Source: Bacteroidales bacterium UBA3816
GTDB lineage: Bacteria; Bacteroidota; Bacteroidia; Bacteroidales; P3
NCBI GenBank assembly: GCA_002368955.1
Contig: DFDY01000125.1
Coordinates: 20,049 to 78,841 of the forward strand
Direction: 5' to 3'
DNA: 58,793 nt
Shown: positions 32,698 through 42,035 of the stretch, in pieces
Numbering within the stretch: the stretch's first letter is position 1
Layout of the letters: each line of letters opens with the position of its first letter
Notes under the pieces: generated by a model
Told to the model about the DNA's origin: nothing
Seen by the model: the letters and a program-made list of their open reading frames with translations, nothing else
Database searches by the model: none
Program-made: the position numbers and the translations under genes

Positions 32698-34161
32698 ATG
32701 GCAGAAAAAGTTTACAAATTAATGAATGACAACCCAGTGGCACGCTGGGCAGCGCTGTTTCTGATAGCGTTTATGATGTTTTTCGGCTACATGTTTGTGG
32801 ATGTTATGTCGCCACTGCAGAGTATGATTGAGGTGGAAAGAGGTTGGACTCCTTCCATTTTTGGTACATATGCGGCTGGTGAATATATCTTGAATGTGTG
32901 TGGTTTCCTTATCTTGGCCGGTATTATTCTGGATAAGATGGGCATCCGTTTCACTGGCACTTTGTCGGCTTCGCTGATGCTGCTTGGTGCCATCATCAAG
33001 TTCTACGGCATTAGCGACGGTTTTCAAGAGACGGCCTTCTGTGGATGGCTGGGTTCCTGGTGGACGGCCATGCCGGGCAGTGCCAAGATGGCCGCTTTCG
33101 GCTTCATGATTTTCGGCTGCGGCTGTGAGATGGCCGGTATCACTGTTTCACGTTCCATTGCCAAGTGGTTTGAGGGCAAGGAGATGGCTTTGGCTATGGG
33201 TCTGGAGATGGCTATCGCCCGCGTGGGTGTGTTCGCCATTTTCTCCATTAGCCCCATCCTGGCCGAGAAGATGGGTACTTCGCTTTTCGGACATCCCACG
33301 GTGGTGGCCCCTGTGGCTTTCTGCACCTGCTTGCTGTGCATCGGCCTGATTTTCTTCCTGGTGTTCTGTGTCATGGACAAGAAGTTTGACAAACAGCTGG
33401 GTGCTGCTGCTGCCCAGGCTGGTGCCGACGAGGAGGAGCAGTTCAAGGCCAGCGACATACTGAAGATTTTCGGTAGCAAGATTTTCTGGGTTATCGCCCT
33501 GCTGTGTGTTCTTTACTACAGCGCCATTTTCCCCTTCCAGCGTTATGGAGCCAACATGCTGCAGTGCAACCTTGACGGCATCACTCCCCAGCAGGCTGCC
33601 AACATCTTCCGCTGGTTCCCCATCGGTGCTGCCGCCATCACTCCGTTCCTGGGTGCCTTCCTTGACAATAAGGGCAAGGGTGCCACGATGCTTATCTTCG
33701 GTGCGCTGCTGCTGATTATTTGCCATCTGGTGTTTGCCTTCCTGTTGCCTGCCACGCGCAGTGCTTTGCTGGCATACGTGACCATCGTGGTGCTGGGAGT
33801 TAGCTTTGCATTGGTTCCCGCCGCTCTTTGGCCCAGTGTTCCCAAGGTGATGAATCCTCGCTATCTGGGCAGTGCCTACTCCCTGATTTTCTGGGTGCAG
33901 AATGTGGGTCTCTGCTTCGTGCCGATGCTCATCGGCGGTGTGTTGCAGAGCAGTAATGCCAATAATCAGGCCGTCATAGCTGCCAAGGAGGCTATAGCCA
34001 ACGGTGCCACCGACACCTTCATCCCTTACGACTACACGGTGCCTCTGGTCATCTTTGCCTCATTCGGCATCTTGGCCCTGCTGCTAGCCATCTACCTGAA
34101 GGCTATCGATAAGAAGCATGGCTACCATTTGGAAGAGCCCAATATCAAGAAGGCTGAATAA
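32698..34161 (+). CDS. MFS transporter
   Basis: About 12 hydrophobic helices with a central hydrophilic loop; 487 aa. Confidence 0.8.
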   Translation: MAEKVYKLMNDNPVARWAALFLIAFMMFFGYMFVDVMSPLQSMIEVERGWTPSIFGTYAAGEYILNVCGFLILAGIILDKMGIRFTGTLSASLMLLGAIIKFYGISDGFQETAFCGWLGSWWTAMPGSAKMAAFGFMIFGCGCEMAGITVSRSIAKWFEGKEMALAMGLEMAIARVGVFAIFSISPILAEKMGTSLFGHPTVVAPVAFCTCLLCIGLIFFLVFCVMDKKFDKQLGAAAAQAGADEEEQFKASDILKIFGSKIFWVIALLCVLYYSAIFPFQRYGANMLQCNLDGITPQQAANIFRWFPIGAAAITPFLGAFLDNKGKGATMLIFGALLLIICHLVFAFLLPATRSALLAYVTIVVLGVSFALVPAALWPSVPKVMNPRYLGSAYSLIFWVQNVGLCFVPMLIGGVLQSSNANNQAVIAAKEAIANGATDTFIPYDYTVPLVIFASFGILALLLAIYLKAIDKKHGYHLEEPNIKKAE

Positions 34162-34182
34162 GACATTTGGCCCAAAATAAAG

Positions 34183-34221
34183 AATCCGAGAGCGGCAAAG
34201 TCGGCTCTCGGATTTTTTTTA
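34183..34221 (+). terminator. Rho-independent terminator (usable by both convergent genes)
   Basis: AATCCGAGAGC-10 nt-GCTCTCGGATT followed by T7. Confidence 0.8.
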
Positions 34222-34232
34222 TTTGCGGTGCT

Positions 34233-34907
34233 TTAAGCTTTTGTGATGGATAGCAATTCGGCTTTGATGCCGTCCACTCGGAACTTGATTTCGAAGCCTG
34301 CGAATTCCATTCCATAGATGCGCTCGGGGTCGTGTTGGTATTGCGGACGGGGGTCGTGGGCAAGCACGTCCAGCAGGGGCTGCCGTAGGTGGGCAGGGAG
34401 TCTCTCCAGCAGGGTAGGGTCGCAGCTTACTTCAAGCAGCTGTTCGGCGGGGCGGGTGGCAAAGCCACTGCGGGCACTGGGGTGGCTGTCGGTATAGGGT
34501 AGGTAGGGCTTGATGTCGTAGATGGGGGTGCCGTCCATGAGGTCGGCACCGCTGACATAGAGTACGGGCCCCAGCTGTGGGTCTTCCGCTATGTGGTCTA
34601 AGTGGACGGAAGACAGCCCCAGGGGGTTGGGGCGGAAAGGGCTGCGGGTGGCGAAAACGCCCATGCGGCAGTTGCCTCCGAGTCGTGGGGGGCGCACTGT
34701 AGGCGTCCAATGGTCGCGCACGGCCTGACTGAATTGCCAGATGAGCCAGATATAGTCGAAATCTTTCAACCCTCGCACGGCTTCCGCTACGCGGTATTCG
34801 GGTTCAAAGACTATGCGGCCGGGGGTGGCTACGATACCCGCCTGTCGGGGGACTCCGAACTTGGTGGAGAAACAGGTCTCGATATGGGCGATGGGTTTCA
34901 ACAACAT
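34233..34907 (-). CDS. trmO: tRNA (t6A37-N6)-methyltransferase TrmO (YaeB/TsaA family)
   Basis: Start moved to ATG 34907 (MLLKPIAHIET...). GVFATRSPFRPNPLGLS motif. Confidence 0.8.
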   Translation of the reverse strand: MLLKPIAHIETCFSTKFGVPRQAGIVATPGRIVFEPEYRVAEAVRGLKDFDYIWLIWQFSQAVRDHWTPTVRPPRLGGNCRMGVFATRSPFRPNPLGLSSVHLDHIAEDPQLGPVLYVSGADLMDGTPIYDIKPYLPYTDSHPSARSGFATRPAEQLLEVSCDPTLLERLPAHLRQPLLDVLAHDPRPQYQHDPERIYGMEFAGFEIKFRVDGIKAELLSITKA

Positions 34908-34918
34908 AAAGAGAGTGC

Positions 34919-35575
34919 TTAAAATCTCAGGTAGGGTGCGAGCCAGTACATGAGGCTGGCACTGAGGATGCCAAATCCGGCCCCGGCCAAAACATCGGCG
35001 GCCCAGTGGCGGTTGTTGTACACCCTCATGCATCCCACGCCTGTGGCCACGGCATAGCCTGCCACGGCTATGGCGGGGTAGTTTTGACCATACTCGCGGC
35101 GGAGAATTTCGGCTCCCATAAAGGCGGTCATGGTGTGGCCCGAGGGGAAGCTATTGAAGACACCCCCATAGGGGCGCTCTTCCTGTATGAGGTGTTTAAA
35201 CCCTTGGCTGAATCCGAAGGAGAGAATGGCGGCACCTCCGGTGAGGCTGGCAAGGTCGCGCCAATTGTGCCGGCTCTCGACGCCGCAGAGTTTCAGCATG
35301 GGTACTGCAGCCAAGGGAGCATATTGGAAATAGTTCTCTATCTCAAAACGGTTGTGCCCGTCACTCTGTGTCCACTGCTGGATGGGAACGTTGATGTGGC
35401 GGTCTAGATAGTCGATGCCAGTAATTGCCGAGCCTGCAGTAATCAAAAGACTTGGGGTGAGGACATCGGCAAAGTGGATGGAGTGGTCATAACTGCATGT
35501 GAGGGTGTCGCTCCTTTGGGCTAGAGAAGGAATGACAAACGAGAGGAAGATGGTTATGAGCAGTCCCTGTTTCAT
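34919..35575 (-). CDS. PAP2 family phosphatase
   Basis: Signal sequence and SFPSGHT...RHWAADVLAG acid-phosphatase motifs. Confidence 0.8.
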   Translation of the reverse strand: MKQGLLITIFLSFVIPSLAQRSDTLTCSYDHSIHFADVLTPSLLITAGSAITGIDYLDRHINVPIQQWTQSDGHNRFEIENYFQYAPLAAVPMLKLCGVESRHNWRDLASLTGGAAILSFGFSQGFKHLIQEERPYGGVFNSFPSGHTMTAFMGAEILRREYGQNYPAIAVAGYAVATGVGCMRVYNNRHWAADVLAGAGFGILSASLMYWLAPYLRF

Positions 35576-36318
35576 GATGGATTATCTTTGCATACTAAAA
35601 CACCCTGATAAATATGGGGGACCACAGGACAGGTGTCCTGCCGGAAGGCAAATTCCATGTCGCGTATGGCCCGCTCGCCAAAGCCGTTGAGGCGTTTGGC
35701 GTGGCTGGCATGTTGCAGGGAGAAGCCGTGGGGGTCGCCGTGGCAGAGGTCCCACAGGGCCATGGCCATATGGACGGCATCGTTGGAGGAGGCGTATAGA
35801 CCTGAACTGACAAGGCGTTGGCATAGGGCACCGGCAAAGAGCGTGTCTTCAACGCTGAAGTCGTTCTTCCAGCCGCTACAGAGTATGACTAGGTCCTGCG
35901 GCTGGCTGAGCAGTTGCTCGGTGAGGGCACTGATGTTGGCAAAACAGCCCACAAGGGTGCGGTCGGCATCGCTGCCGCGCATTATGCACACCGTTCCATT
36001 GGTGGTGCTGTAGGCAATGCGCTGGCCACGAAGGTCCATGGCGAGGTATTCTGTGGGAGAGTTGCCGCATTCGGCCCCATCCACTTTCTTGCCGCCCCGC
36101 TCGGCGGCACGCAGATAGCCCTGCTGGCGGTAGGCCTCCAGGGCCTGCAGCGAGTCCAAGGGGACAATCTCTTCAACCCCCGCAGTGAAGGCAGCACAGA
36201 TGGCCGTGGTGGCGCGCAGTACGTCTACGGCCACAGTGGTGTGATGCTGCTTGATGCTGCGCCACTCGTAGAGGGCGGGAGTGAGGGATAGTTCAATCTG
36301 TGAAACATTCATTGCCAA
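35572..36318 (-). CDS. 2-phosphosulfolactate phosphatase (ComB) family protein
   Basis: VAVDVLRATT motif and family-like length. Overlaps the upstream gene by about 20 nt. Confidence 0.7.
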   Translation of the reverse strand: MAMNVSQIELSLTPALYEWRSIKQHHTTVAVDVLRATTAICAAFTAGVEEIVPLDSLQALEAYRQQGYLRAAERGGKKVDGAECGNSPTEYLAMDLRGQRIAYSTTNGTVCIMRGSDADRTLVGCFANISALTEQLLSQPQDLVILCSGWKNDFSVEDTLFAGALCQRLVSSGLYASSNDAVHMAMALWDLCHGDPHGFSLQHASHAKRLNGFGERAIRDMEFAFRQDTCPVVPHIYQGVLVCKDNPS

Positions 36319-37081
36319 AAGCGTCTTCGTTATATTTTTCGCGTTCGATGCTTCCGTCGGTGTTCATCAGGAAGCTGTAGAAATTGGGGTTGGCGGAGGT
36401 GAACTGGTCTTGTTTGAACATCCAGCGGCTAGCACTGGTGGGCATGTTGCGGAGGGCGAAGTCGCTCATGCCCTGCAAAAGCAGGCAGCGGTGGGCCAGC
36501 GGTGGGTCAAGCTCGGTGGTCTTGATGAAAGCCAGGTCGGCAGCCAGCTCTATGGGGTCGCCTTTGTCATCGACGGGCTGAATCTTGTCGCCGCGCACCC
36601 AAGTGTGCATCAGTTCCAGCCCCGACTTGACCGACCGAAGCGTGTATTCGGCAAAGACTACCACTTCGTTGACTTCGGGCTGAGCCCATTTGTGTATGGC
36701 TACCAGCAGGATGGCGTCGACGCCGTAGAGCCGATTGAGGTCGGAAATGTTGTCGAGCATCAGTTGGCGGTAGGTCTTACCGTATTTCTCCAGTATGGTG
36801 TTGCCTGCCAGCGGGGGTATGGTGTAGTAGCCCTGGCTGACCAGAGGCTCAACGCAGGTTTGCTGCATGAAGGTGGCGGCCATGTCCAACTCTTCGTTGA
36901 GGGCATGGTCCTGAGTGTTCTTCTCCTGTTGGCGTTTTGAGTTGTCCTGGGTGGGAACAATCAGGATGGTGAATGGCTGCTCTTTGTACAGCTCTTCGTA
37001 TGTGGCCGCTTTCTTTTGGCTCTTGCAGGAAACTATCAGCAGGAGGCCGAGGAAGGCGATGATTAACTTGGTGCGATTCAT
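36293..37081 (-). CDS. DUF799 (GNA1162-like) lipoprotein
   Basis: Lipoprotein signal LLLIVSC. FTILIVPTQDNS...VDAILLVAIHKW pattern of the family. Confidence 0.65.
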   Translation of the reverse strand: MNRTKLIIAFLGLLLIVSCKSQKKAATYEELYKEQPFTILIVPTQDNSKRQQEKNTQDHALNEELDMAATFMQQTCVEPLVSQGYYTIPPLAGNTILEKYGKTYRQLMLDNISDLNRLYGVDAILLVAIHKWAQPEVNEVVVFAEYTLRSVKSGLELMHTWVRGDKIQPVDDKGDPIELAADLAFIKTTELDPPLAHRCLLLQGMSDFALRNMPTSASRWMFKQDQFTSANPNFYSFLMNTDGSIEREKYNEDAFGNECFTD

Positions 37082-37120
37082 AGTGATAGTCGTTTATTGG
37101 GTTGAGTGGAATAGGTGTTT

Positions 37121-38035
37121 TTATTCTTCTTGCGTTTCGGCTGACTGGTTTTTTGCAGCCCGCTTGGCCTCTTTTTCGGCCTGTTTGGCAGCCTTTTCGG
37201 CTTCTCGCTGGGCCTTGACGGCGGCCTTTTCGGCCTCCTTTTGAGCTTTTTCCTCGGCCTTTTTGGCTTCGGCGGCGGCCTTCTCGGCGGCGCGTTTGGC
37301 CTCCAACTCAGCCTTCTTCGCCTCCTCTTTGGCTCGTTGTTCGGCTTTCTTGGCCTCGGCGCGTTCGCGTTCGGCGGCCTTCTTAGCCTCTTCCTTGGCT
37401 CTCTGTTCGGCTTTCTTGGCTTCGGCCTTTTCGCGTTTGGCTTTTTCCTTCTCCTTGGCCAAGGCTTTGCGCTCGGCCTCTTTGGCCTTGGCGCGTTCTG
37501 CTTTGGCCTTCTTGGCGGCTAGGACTTTGGCTTCCTTTTCCTCCAACTGCTGCTGTTTGAGCATCTTTTGATACTCGGGGTCGGCCTCTAGTTGCTGCTG
37601 TTGGGCCAATTCCTCGGGAGTGTACTCCACCTTGATGGTGTCCAGCGACTTTAGGTCAATCTTGCAGGTATCGAAGTGGTTGTCGGCGGCCAGTTTGGGC
37701 GTATAGGTCTGCTTGAGGAAGTCAACGTATTTAGAACTGTTGGGAAAGAAGGTCTTCTCGTTGTTGAACATGACGTTGGCTTGCTTCAGACAGCCCAGCT
37801 GTGCCAGCACGATGCCGTAGTCGGCATACTGCCCGGGATGTATGACACGGGCATCGAGGTTGTTGTTGATGGCCTCGGCATAGGTCTTGCAGAGAGCCAG
37901 CAGCCGCACCTGTGTGGGCTTGTGCTGGTAGTGCATCAGTGGGGCAGGGTTGTTCACCAGGGTGCCCTCGTTGTAGCAGGCCGTGAGCAGCAGTGTTGCT
38001 GCCAGGGGTAATAATATGCTCTTCCTTATAGACAT
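37121..38035 (-). CDS. DUF4810-like lipoprotein fused to a Lys/Ala/Glu-rich helical tail of about 150 aa
   Basis: Start moved to ATG 38035 (MSIRKS..., lipobox LLTAC). HPGQYADYGIVLAQLG...NNEKTFFPNS resembles DUF4810. The tail contains AEAKKAEQRAKEEAKKA twice. Confidence 0.65.
   Translation of the reverse strand: MSIRKSILLPLAATLLLTACYNEGTLVNNPAPLMHYQHKPTQVRLLALCKTYAEAINNNLDARVIHPGQYADYGIVLAQLGCLKQANVMFNNEKTFFPNSSKYVDFLKQTYTPKLAADNHFDTCKIDLKSLDTIKVEYTPEELAQQQQLEADPEYQKMLKQQQLEEKEAKVLAAKKAKAERAKAKEAERKALAKEKEKAKREKAEAKKAEQRAKEEAKKAAERERAEAKKAEQRAKEEAKKAELEAKRAAEKAAAEAKKAEEKAQKEAEKAAVKAQREAEKAAKQAEKEAKRAAKNQSAETQEE
37124..37590 (-). repeat. Low-complexity coding repeats (KAE-rich)
   Basis: GCC/GAA/AAG-rich reiterated DNA encoding EAKKAEQRAKEEAKKA-type units. 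Confidence 0.8.
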
Positions 38036-38063
38036 ATCTTTGCGGTTTGTGTCATAAAAAATA

Positions 38064-38438
38064 AACGGCAGCCTCATAAGCCGGGTTCTGTCCTGTCGCG
38101 GACGACAGTCTCTATCATCAATCTACTGCCGACGTCGCCGTCGGCCTCTATCAACCTACCCCCCGACAACGGGCGAGCCAGCCCTTCACTGTCGGTATAT
38201 TTGGTCTTTCAACCCATAAGGTTTACCATCGGGCGACATTGCTGCCGCCGGTCGTGGGCTCTTACCCCGCGCTTGCACCCTTACCCGTAGGCGGTTTCTC
38301 TTTCTGTGGCACTCGCTGTCAGCAGGGCGCTTTCCTCCCTGCTGCCTTCCTGTTAGGAAGTATGGTGGCTCGCGTTGCCCGGACTTTCCTCCCGCAGCAC
38401 CCCTAAGGGCTCTGCCGGCGATAGAGTCAGCTGCCGTT
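38064..38438 (-). ncRNA. rnpB: RNase P RNA, bacterial type A
   Basis: Minus strand contains GGGAGGAAAGTCCGGGC, GCCACAGAAA, GGGTAAGGGTGCAAG, GGTAAACC and ACAGAACCCGGCTTA. P1 pairs ACGGCAGC (5') with GCTGCCGT (3'). Confidence 0.9.
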
Positions 38439-38449
38439 ATTTCAATCTG

Positions 38450-38457
38450 CAAAAGTA
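38450..38457 (-). promoter_or_regulatory. -7 promoter box (TACTTTTG on the minus strand) for rnpB
   Basis: Plus strand reads CAAAAGTA, about 12 nt upstream of the predicted RNA 5' end. Confidence 0.6.
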
Positions 38458-38891
38458 CAAAAAAAAATAGATATAATGATATTAATTATTTATAATCGGG
38501 CAAAAGTCTAGTGAAAATGCCCTTTTTTGCGCCCTATAGATGCCTCTTTTGCCTCTCTCTGGGCAATCTGCAAGTAGTCCCCAATGGTCTTTTCCCCGTC
38601 TTTTCTTCTCAGCGATTCACTCACTACCGGAACACATTCCACTTGCTTTGTGAGCGGGTGGGTTGTATTTCGGAAGTAGTTTTATGGTGTTTTGGGTGCT
38701 TTTTTGACTTGGTCCATGGTGGTTTGACCTTTTTTTGGGCTTTTTTGTCTCTCAGACTGGAAAAAATGCTATTTTTTTTGTTTTAGTTTAGTTGTTATTT
38801 ATCAGGTGCTTGCGAGTAAAAAGTGCCTTCGGTGAAAAAAAAATTTTCGATTCTTTGCAACAAAATCGACTTTTTTCAGTCTAATAAGTAG

Positions 38892-39449
38892 ATGAATACC
38901 GAATTGGAACAAATAGTAGAGGGTTGCAAAAAAAAGCAGCCGCTGGCGCAAAAGCTTTTGTACGAGAAGTTTGCACCGGAAATGCTAGGCGTTTGCATGC
39001 GATATACCCATTCGCGGGACGAGGCGCAGGATTTGTTGCATGACGGTTTTATCAAGGTTTTTGAGAGTATCGGTTCGCTGAAGAAATCGTCCTCCGTGAG
39101 GTCGTGGATGTACAAGGTGATGGTGAATGAGTCGTTGTCCTACCTGACGAAACTGGGTCCGGTGAATTACATGGATTTCGACACGGTGGATGAAGAGGAT
39201 GAGGAAATTATGGCTCAGACGGATTACTCACCCTGGGAGGGCAAAGTGTTCTCGATGGAACAAATTGTCAATGCCATACAGATGCTGCCCGATTTTTACA
39301 GGATGGTGTTCAATTTGCACGAGGTGGAAGAAATGGATTATCCTGAAATAGCGAAACAAACGGGGAAGTCGGTTTCTACAGTGAGGTCTGGATACTCCCG
39401 AGCATGCAAAATGTTGAGAAATATATTGTTGAATTATTATAAATTGTAA
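38892..39449 (+). CDS. ECF-type RNA polymerase sigma-70 factor
   Basis: Region 2 (DEAQDLLHDGFIKVF) and region 4 HTH (MDYPEIAKQTGKSVSTVRSGYSRA); 185 aa. Confidence 0.85.
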   Translation: MNTELEQIVEGCKKKQPLAQKLLYEKFAPEMLGVCMRYTHSRDEAQDLLHDGFIKVFESIGSLKKSSSVRSWMYKVMVNESLSYLTKLGPVNYMDFDTVDEEDEEIMAQTDYSPWEGKVFSMEQIVNAIQMLPDFYRMVFNLHEVEEMDYPEIAKQTGKSVSTVRSGYSRACKMLRNILLNYYKL

Positions 39450-39453
39450 AGAT

Positions 39454-40320
39454 ATGAATGAGAATTTGAAGAACTACAGCACTCAGCCCGACCCCGAAGT
39501 CTGGAATAGGATAAGCAAAACCTTGCGCCGACGTTATTTCCGTCGACAGGCCTTGGGTGCTTCCATTGGAATGCTGATAGCCGTTGCGGCTGTGGTGGGA
39601 ATTCAGCTGTTGCCATATGACGAGCAGCCGACGCTGGCCTCGCAGACCTTGCCCGAGGTGGCTCAGTTGACCCCCAATGAGCGGACTGTCGCTCCCCAAT
39701 TGCAGGAGTCTACTGTCCAGGCCGTTCCGGCCCAGCAGCAGTTGCAGGAGCCCGTTTCGGCCACGGTGGCACCGGTGGAGGAATCCCCCGCCCCGAAGAC
39801 GGTTGCCGTTCCGGTTGCTCCGGTGATTAAGCCTCTGACTGTGGCCAGTCAGGCCCTCCCTGCTCGGATGGAGGAGCCAGCCCCACAAGTGTTTGTTGCC
39901 GAGGTTCCCTCGGAACACACAGCGCTTTCGAGTGAAGACCCACAGCCGGTTGTGGCCGAAAGTGAGGCCGCGGCTACTCCTGCCGTCGCTCCCTCACCAA
40001 AGGTCACTAGCCCCAACGGCATGATAGAGGACACGATTCTTTGGGTGCCCAACGCCTTTGCGCCAGCCTCGGACGACCCCAACATTACCACTTTCCGTGC
40101 CCATCTCAACAAGCCGGAAGTGAGCATCCTCAATTACCGCATCACCATTTTCAACCGCTCGGGTCATCAGGTGTTCCACAGCACCGACATCAATCAGGTC
40201 TGGGATGGCACCTACAAGGGCCGCCCCCTGCCGCAAGCTGGATATGTATACGTCATCTATTATGTCGACAAGGATGGCCTTACACATCAGCGTAAAGGCA
40301 CCGTTGCGTTGATTAGGTAG
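39454..40320 (+). CDS. Single-pass membrane protein (anti-sigma-like N-terminus) with a C-terminal T9SS type B sorting (gliding-motility CTD) domain
   Basis: Starts 4 nt after the sigma gene. TM helix ALGASIGMLIAVAAVVGIQLL, then a P/A/Q/V-rich linker. C-terminus VPNAFAPASDD...ITIFNRSGHQVF...WDGTYKGRPLPQAGYVYVIYYVDKDG...KGTVALIR. Confidence 0.75.
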   Translation: MNENLKNYSTQPDPEVWNRISKTLRRRYFRRQALGASIGMLIAVAAVVGIQLLPYDEQPTLASQTLPEVAQLTPNERTVAPQLQESTVQAVPAQQQLQEPVSATVAPVEESPAPKTVAVPVAPVIKPLTVASQALPARMEEPAPQVFVAEVPSEHTALSSEDPQPVVAESEAAATPAVAPSPKVTSPNGMIEDTILWVPNAFAPASDDPNITTFRAHLNKPEVSILNYRITIFNRSGHQVFHSTDINQVWDGTYKGRPLPQAGYVYVIYYVDKDGLTHQRKGTVALIR

Positions 40321-40343
40321 CGTGGCTCTGAGATTGTAGAAAG

Positions 40344-40378
40344 AAAAAGCCTACTCCTTCCACGGAGCAGGCTTTTTG
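40344..40378. terminator. Bidirectional terminator between the convergent genes
   Basis: A5-GCCTACTCC-TTCCAC-GGAGCAGGC-T5 (one mismatch in the stem). Confidence 0.65.
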
Positions 40379-40399
40379 TTGTGTCGTATGTGCCTGTTG

Positions 40400-41239
40400 T
40401 TATAGGCTTCGTAGCCAGGTGATTTCTTCTGCCCAGCGGGTGGGGTCGGGGGTTTCGAGGATGATGGGCATGTTGTCGAAACGGGGGTCGTGCATGAAAC
40501 GGGTGAAAAATTCCTTGCCGAGGAAGCCGTTGCCGAGGGTTTCGTGCCGGTCAACGTGCGAGCCAGAGTTTTTCTTGCTGTCGTTGAGGTGGATGGCACG
40601 GAGATACTGGAATCCGATGATGGACTCGAAGTCGTCGAAACAGAATTGGTAGCCCATCTCGGTGCTGATGTCGTAGCCGGCGGCAAGGGTGTGGCAGGTG
40701 TCGATGCACACCCCGACACGGCTTTTGTCGTCGATACCGTCAATAATACGGCGGATATGCTCAAAACGCCAGCCCAGATTGGTTCCCTGTCCGGCAGTGT
40801 TCTCGATGACGGCCGTGACCCCATGGGTTTGGCTGAGGGCTAGGTTCACCTCGCGGGCAATTTGGTCGAGACATTCTTCCTCGCTTATCTTGTTCAGGTG
40901 GCTGCCCGGATGGAAGTTGACCATGGTGAGGCCCAGTTGCTCGGCTCGTTGCATCTCGTCGAGGAAGGCGTTGCGGCTTTTCTGGAGTGTCTCTTCGTCG
41001 GGCGACCCAAGGTTGATGAGGTAGCTGTCGTGGGGCAGCACCTGCTTGGGGTCGAAGCCACGCTCGGCCAAGAGGGTGCGGAAAGCATTGATTTCGCCCG
41101 TGGCTAAGGGCTTGCTGACCCAGCTGCGCTGGTTGCGGGTGAAGAGGGCAAAGGCGTTGGCTCCAATCGCCTCGGCATTGAGGATGGCGTTGCACACGCC
41201 CCCAGAGGCACTCACATGGGCTCCAATGTATTTTGTCAT
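40400..41239 (-). CDS. nfo: Deoxyribonuclease IV (endonuclease IV)
   Basis: Start moved to ATG 41239 (MTKYIGAHVSASGG...). HDSYLINL, NFHPGSH and IENTAGQG motifs. Confidence 0.9.
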   Translation of the reverse strand: MTKYIGAHVSASGGVCNAILNAEAIGANAFALFTRNQRSWVSKPLATGEINAFRTLLAERGFDPKQVLPHDSYLINLGSPDEETLQKSRNAFLDEMQRAEQLGLTMVNFHPGSHLNKISEEECLDQIAREVNLALSQTHGVTAVIENTAGQGTNLGWRFEHIRRIIDGIDDKSRVGVCIDTCHTLAAGYDISTEMGYQFCFDDFESIIGFQYLRAIHLNDSKKNSGSHVDRHETLGNGFLGKEFFTRFMHDPRFDNMPIILETPDPTRWAEEITWLRSL

Positions 41240-41402
41240 ATTGTGTTGTTTTGCTGTTTGACTATTGACAGTGGGCAATTCTGTGTTGCAATACGGAGTG
41301 TTTTATTGGCTCATCGGTTTGTTTGGTAGTATCGTGGCGAGTATTACACGAGGAGATACTTCAAATGGTGTATCTTTTGTCAATGGGTTGACTAAAGTGT
41401 GT

Positions 41403-41951
41403 CTACGATAGTTGGACCTCACCGGTTGTGGCTTCTTCGGGATTGCCCTCGCCCTTGGGGTTGGGACCCCACTGGTTGGGACCGTATTGCGAGTCGGTGA
41501 AGAGCCAGACCAAGAAGAGAATGGCGATGAACAACAGGGCCATACCGATGATTATGGTGACCCCAGTTCCATAATTACCTAAGTTGATTATCTGGGCTAT
41601 GATGGACGCACCGAAGTAGAGGAAGGCCCAGTAGCCAGAGCGGCCAATGTCGTGCATACGGCGGACAAAGACTGCGATGCTGGGGACCAGCACGGCCAGA
41701 TAATATATCAAGTATATGTATATAAACGGATTCTTTAGCATGGTCACGACCATTTCCATTTCGCTGAAGTCTTCAATGTCGCCACCGGACATGGCTACAG
41801 CGTAGCTCATTTTGAAGATGGGTACCATCAAACCGATAATGAAAATCAGCATGATGATGAAATTGATGACGGTGAACCACCAGTACTCTTTTCTGCGGGC
41901 ACGACCGCTGAAGTCGGCATACTGCTTAAAGCATTTGAAAAACCATTTCAT
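41403..41951 (-). CDS. DUF805 family inner-membrane protein
   Basis: GRARRKEYWWF signature and 4 hydrophobic helices. Confidence 0.75.
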   Translation of the reverse strand: MKWFFKCFKQYADFSGRARRKEYWWFTVINFIIMLIFIIGLMVPIFKMSYAVAMSGGDIEDFSEMEMVVTMLKNPFIYIYLIYYLAVLVPSIAVFVRRMHDIGRSGYWAFLYFGASIIAQIINLGNYGTGVTIIIGMALLFIAILFLVWLFTDSQYGPNQWGPNPKGEGNPEEATTGEVQLS

Positions 41952-42035
41952 TGTAAAAGTGTTTTTTGATGGGTTGATATTTGTATATTGAAAAACAAGG
42001 TGGATTCCATGCCGAACCCACCTTGTTTCTATTAA

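Noticed and set aside
38186-38452. 88-aa ORF on the minus strand.
   Set aside because: It lies entirely inside the RNase P RNA gene (conserved GGAGGAAAGTCCGGGC etc.), so it is a spurious translation.
38511-38786. 91-aa ORF in the rnpB / ECF-sigma intergenic region.
   Set aside because: Cys/Phe/Leu-rich translation of T-rich intergenic DNA, with no promoter box or RBS-like context. Judged spurious.
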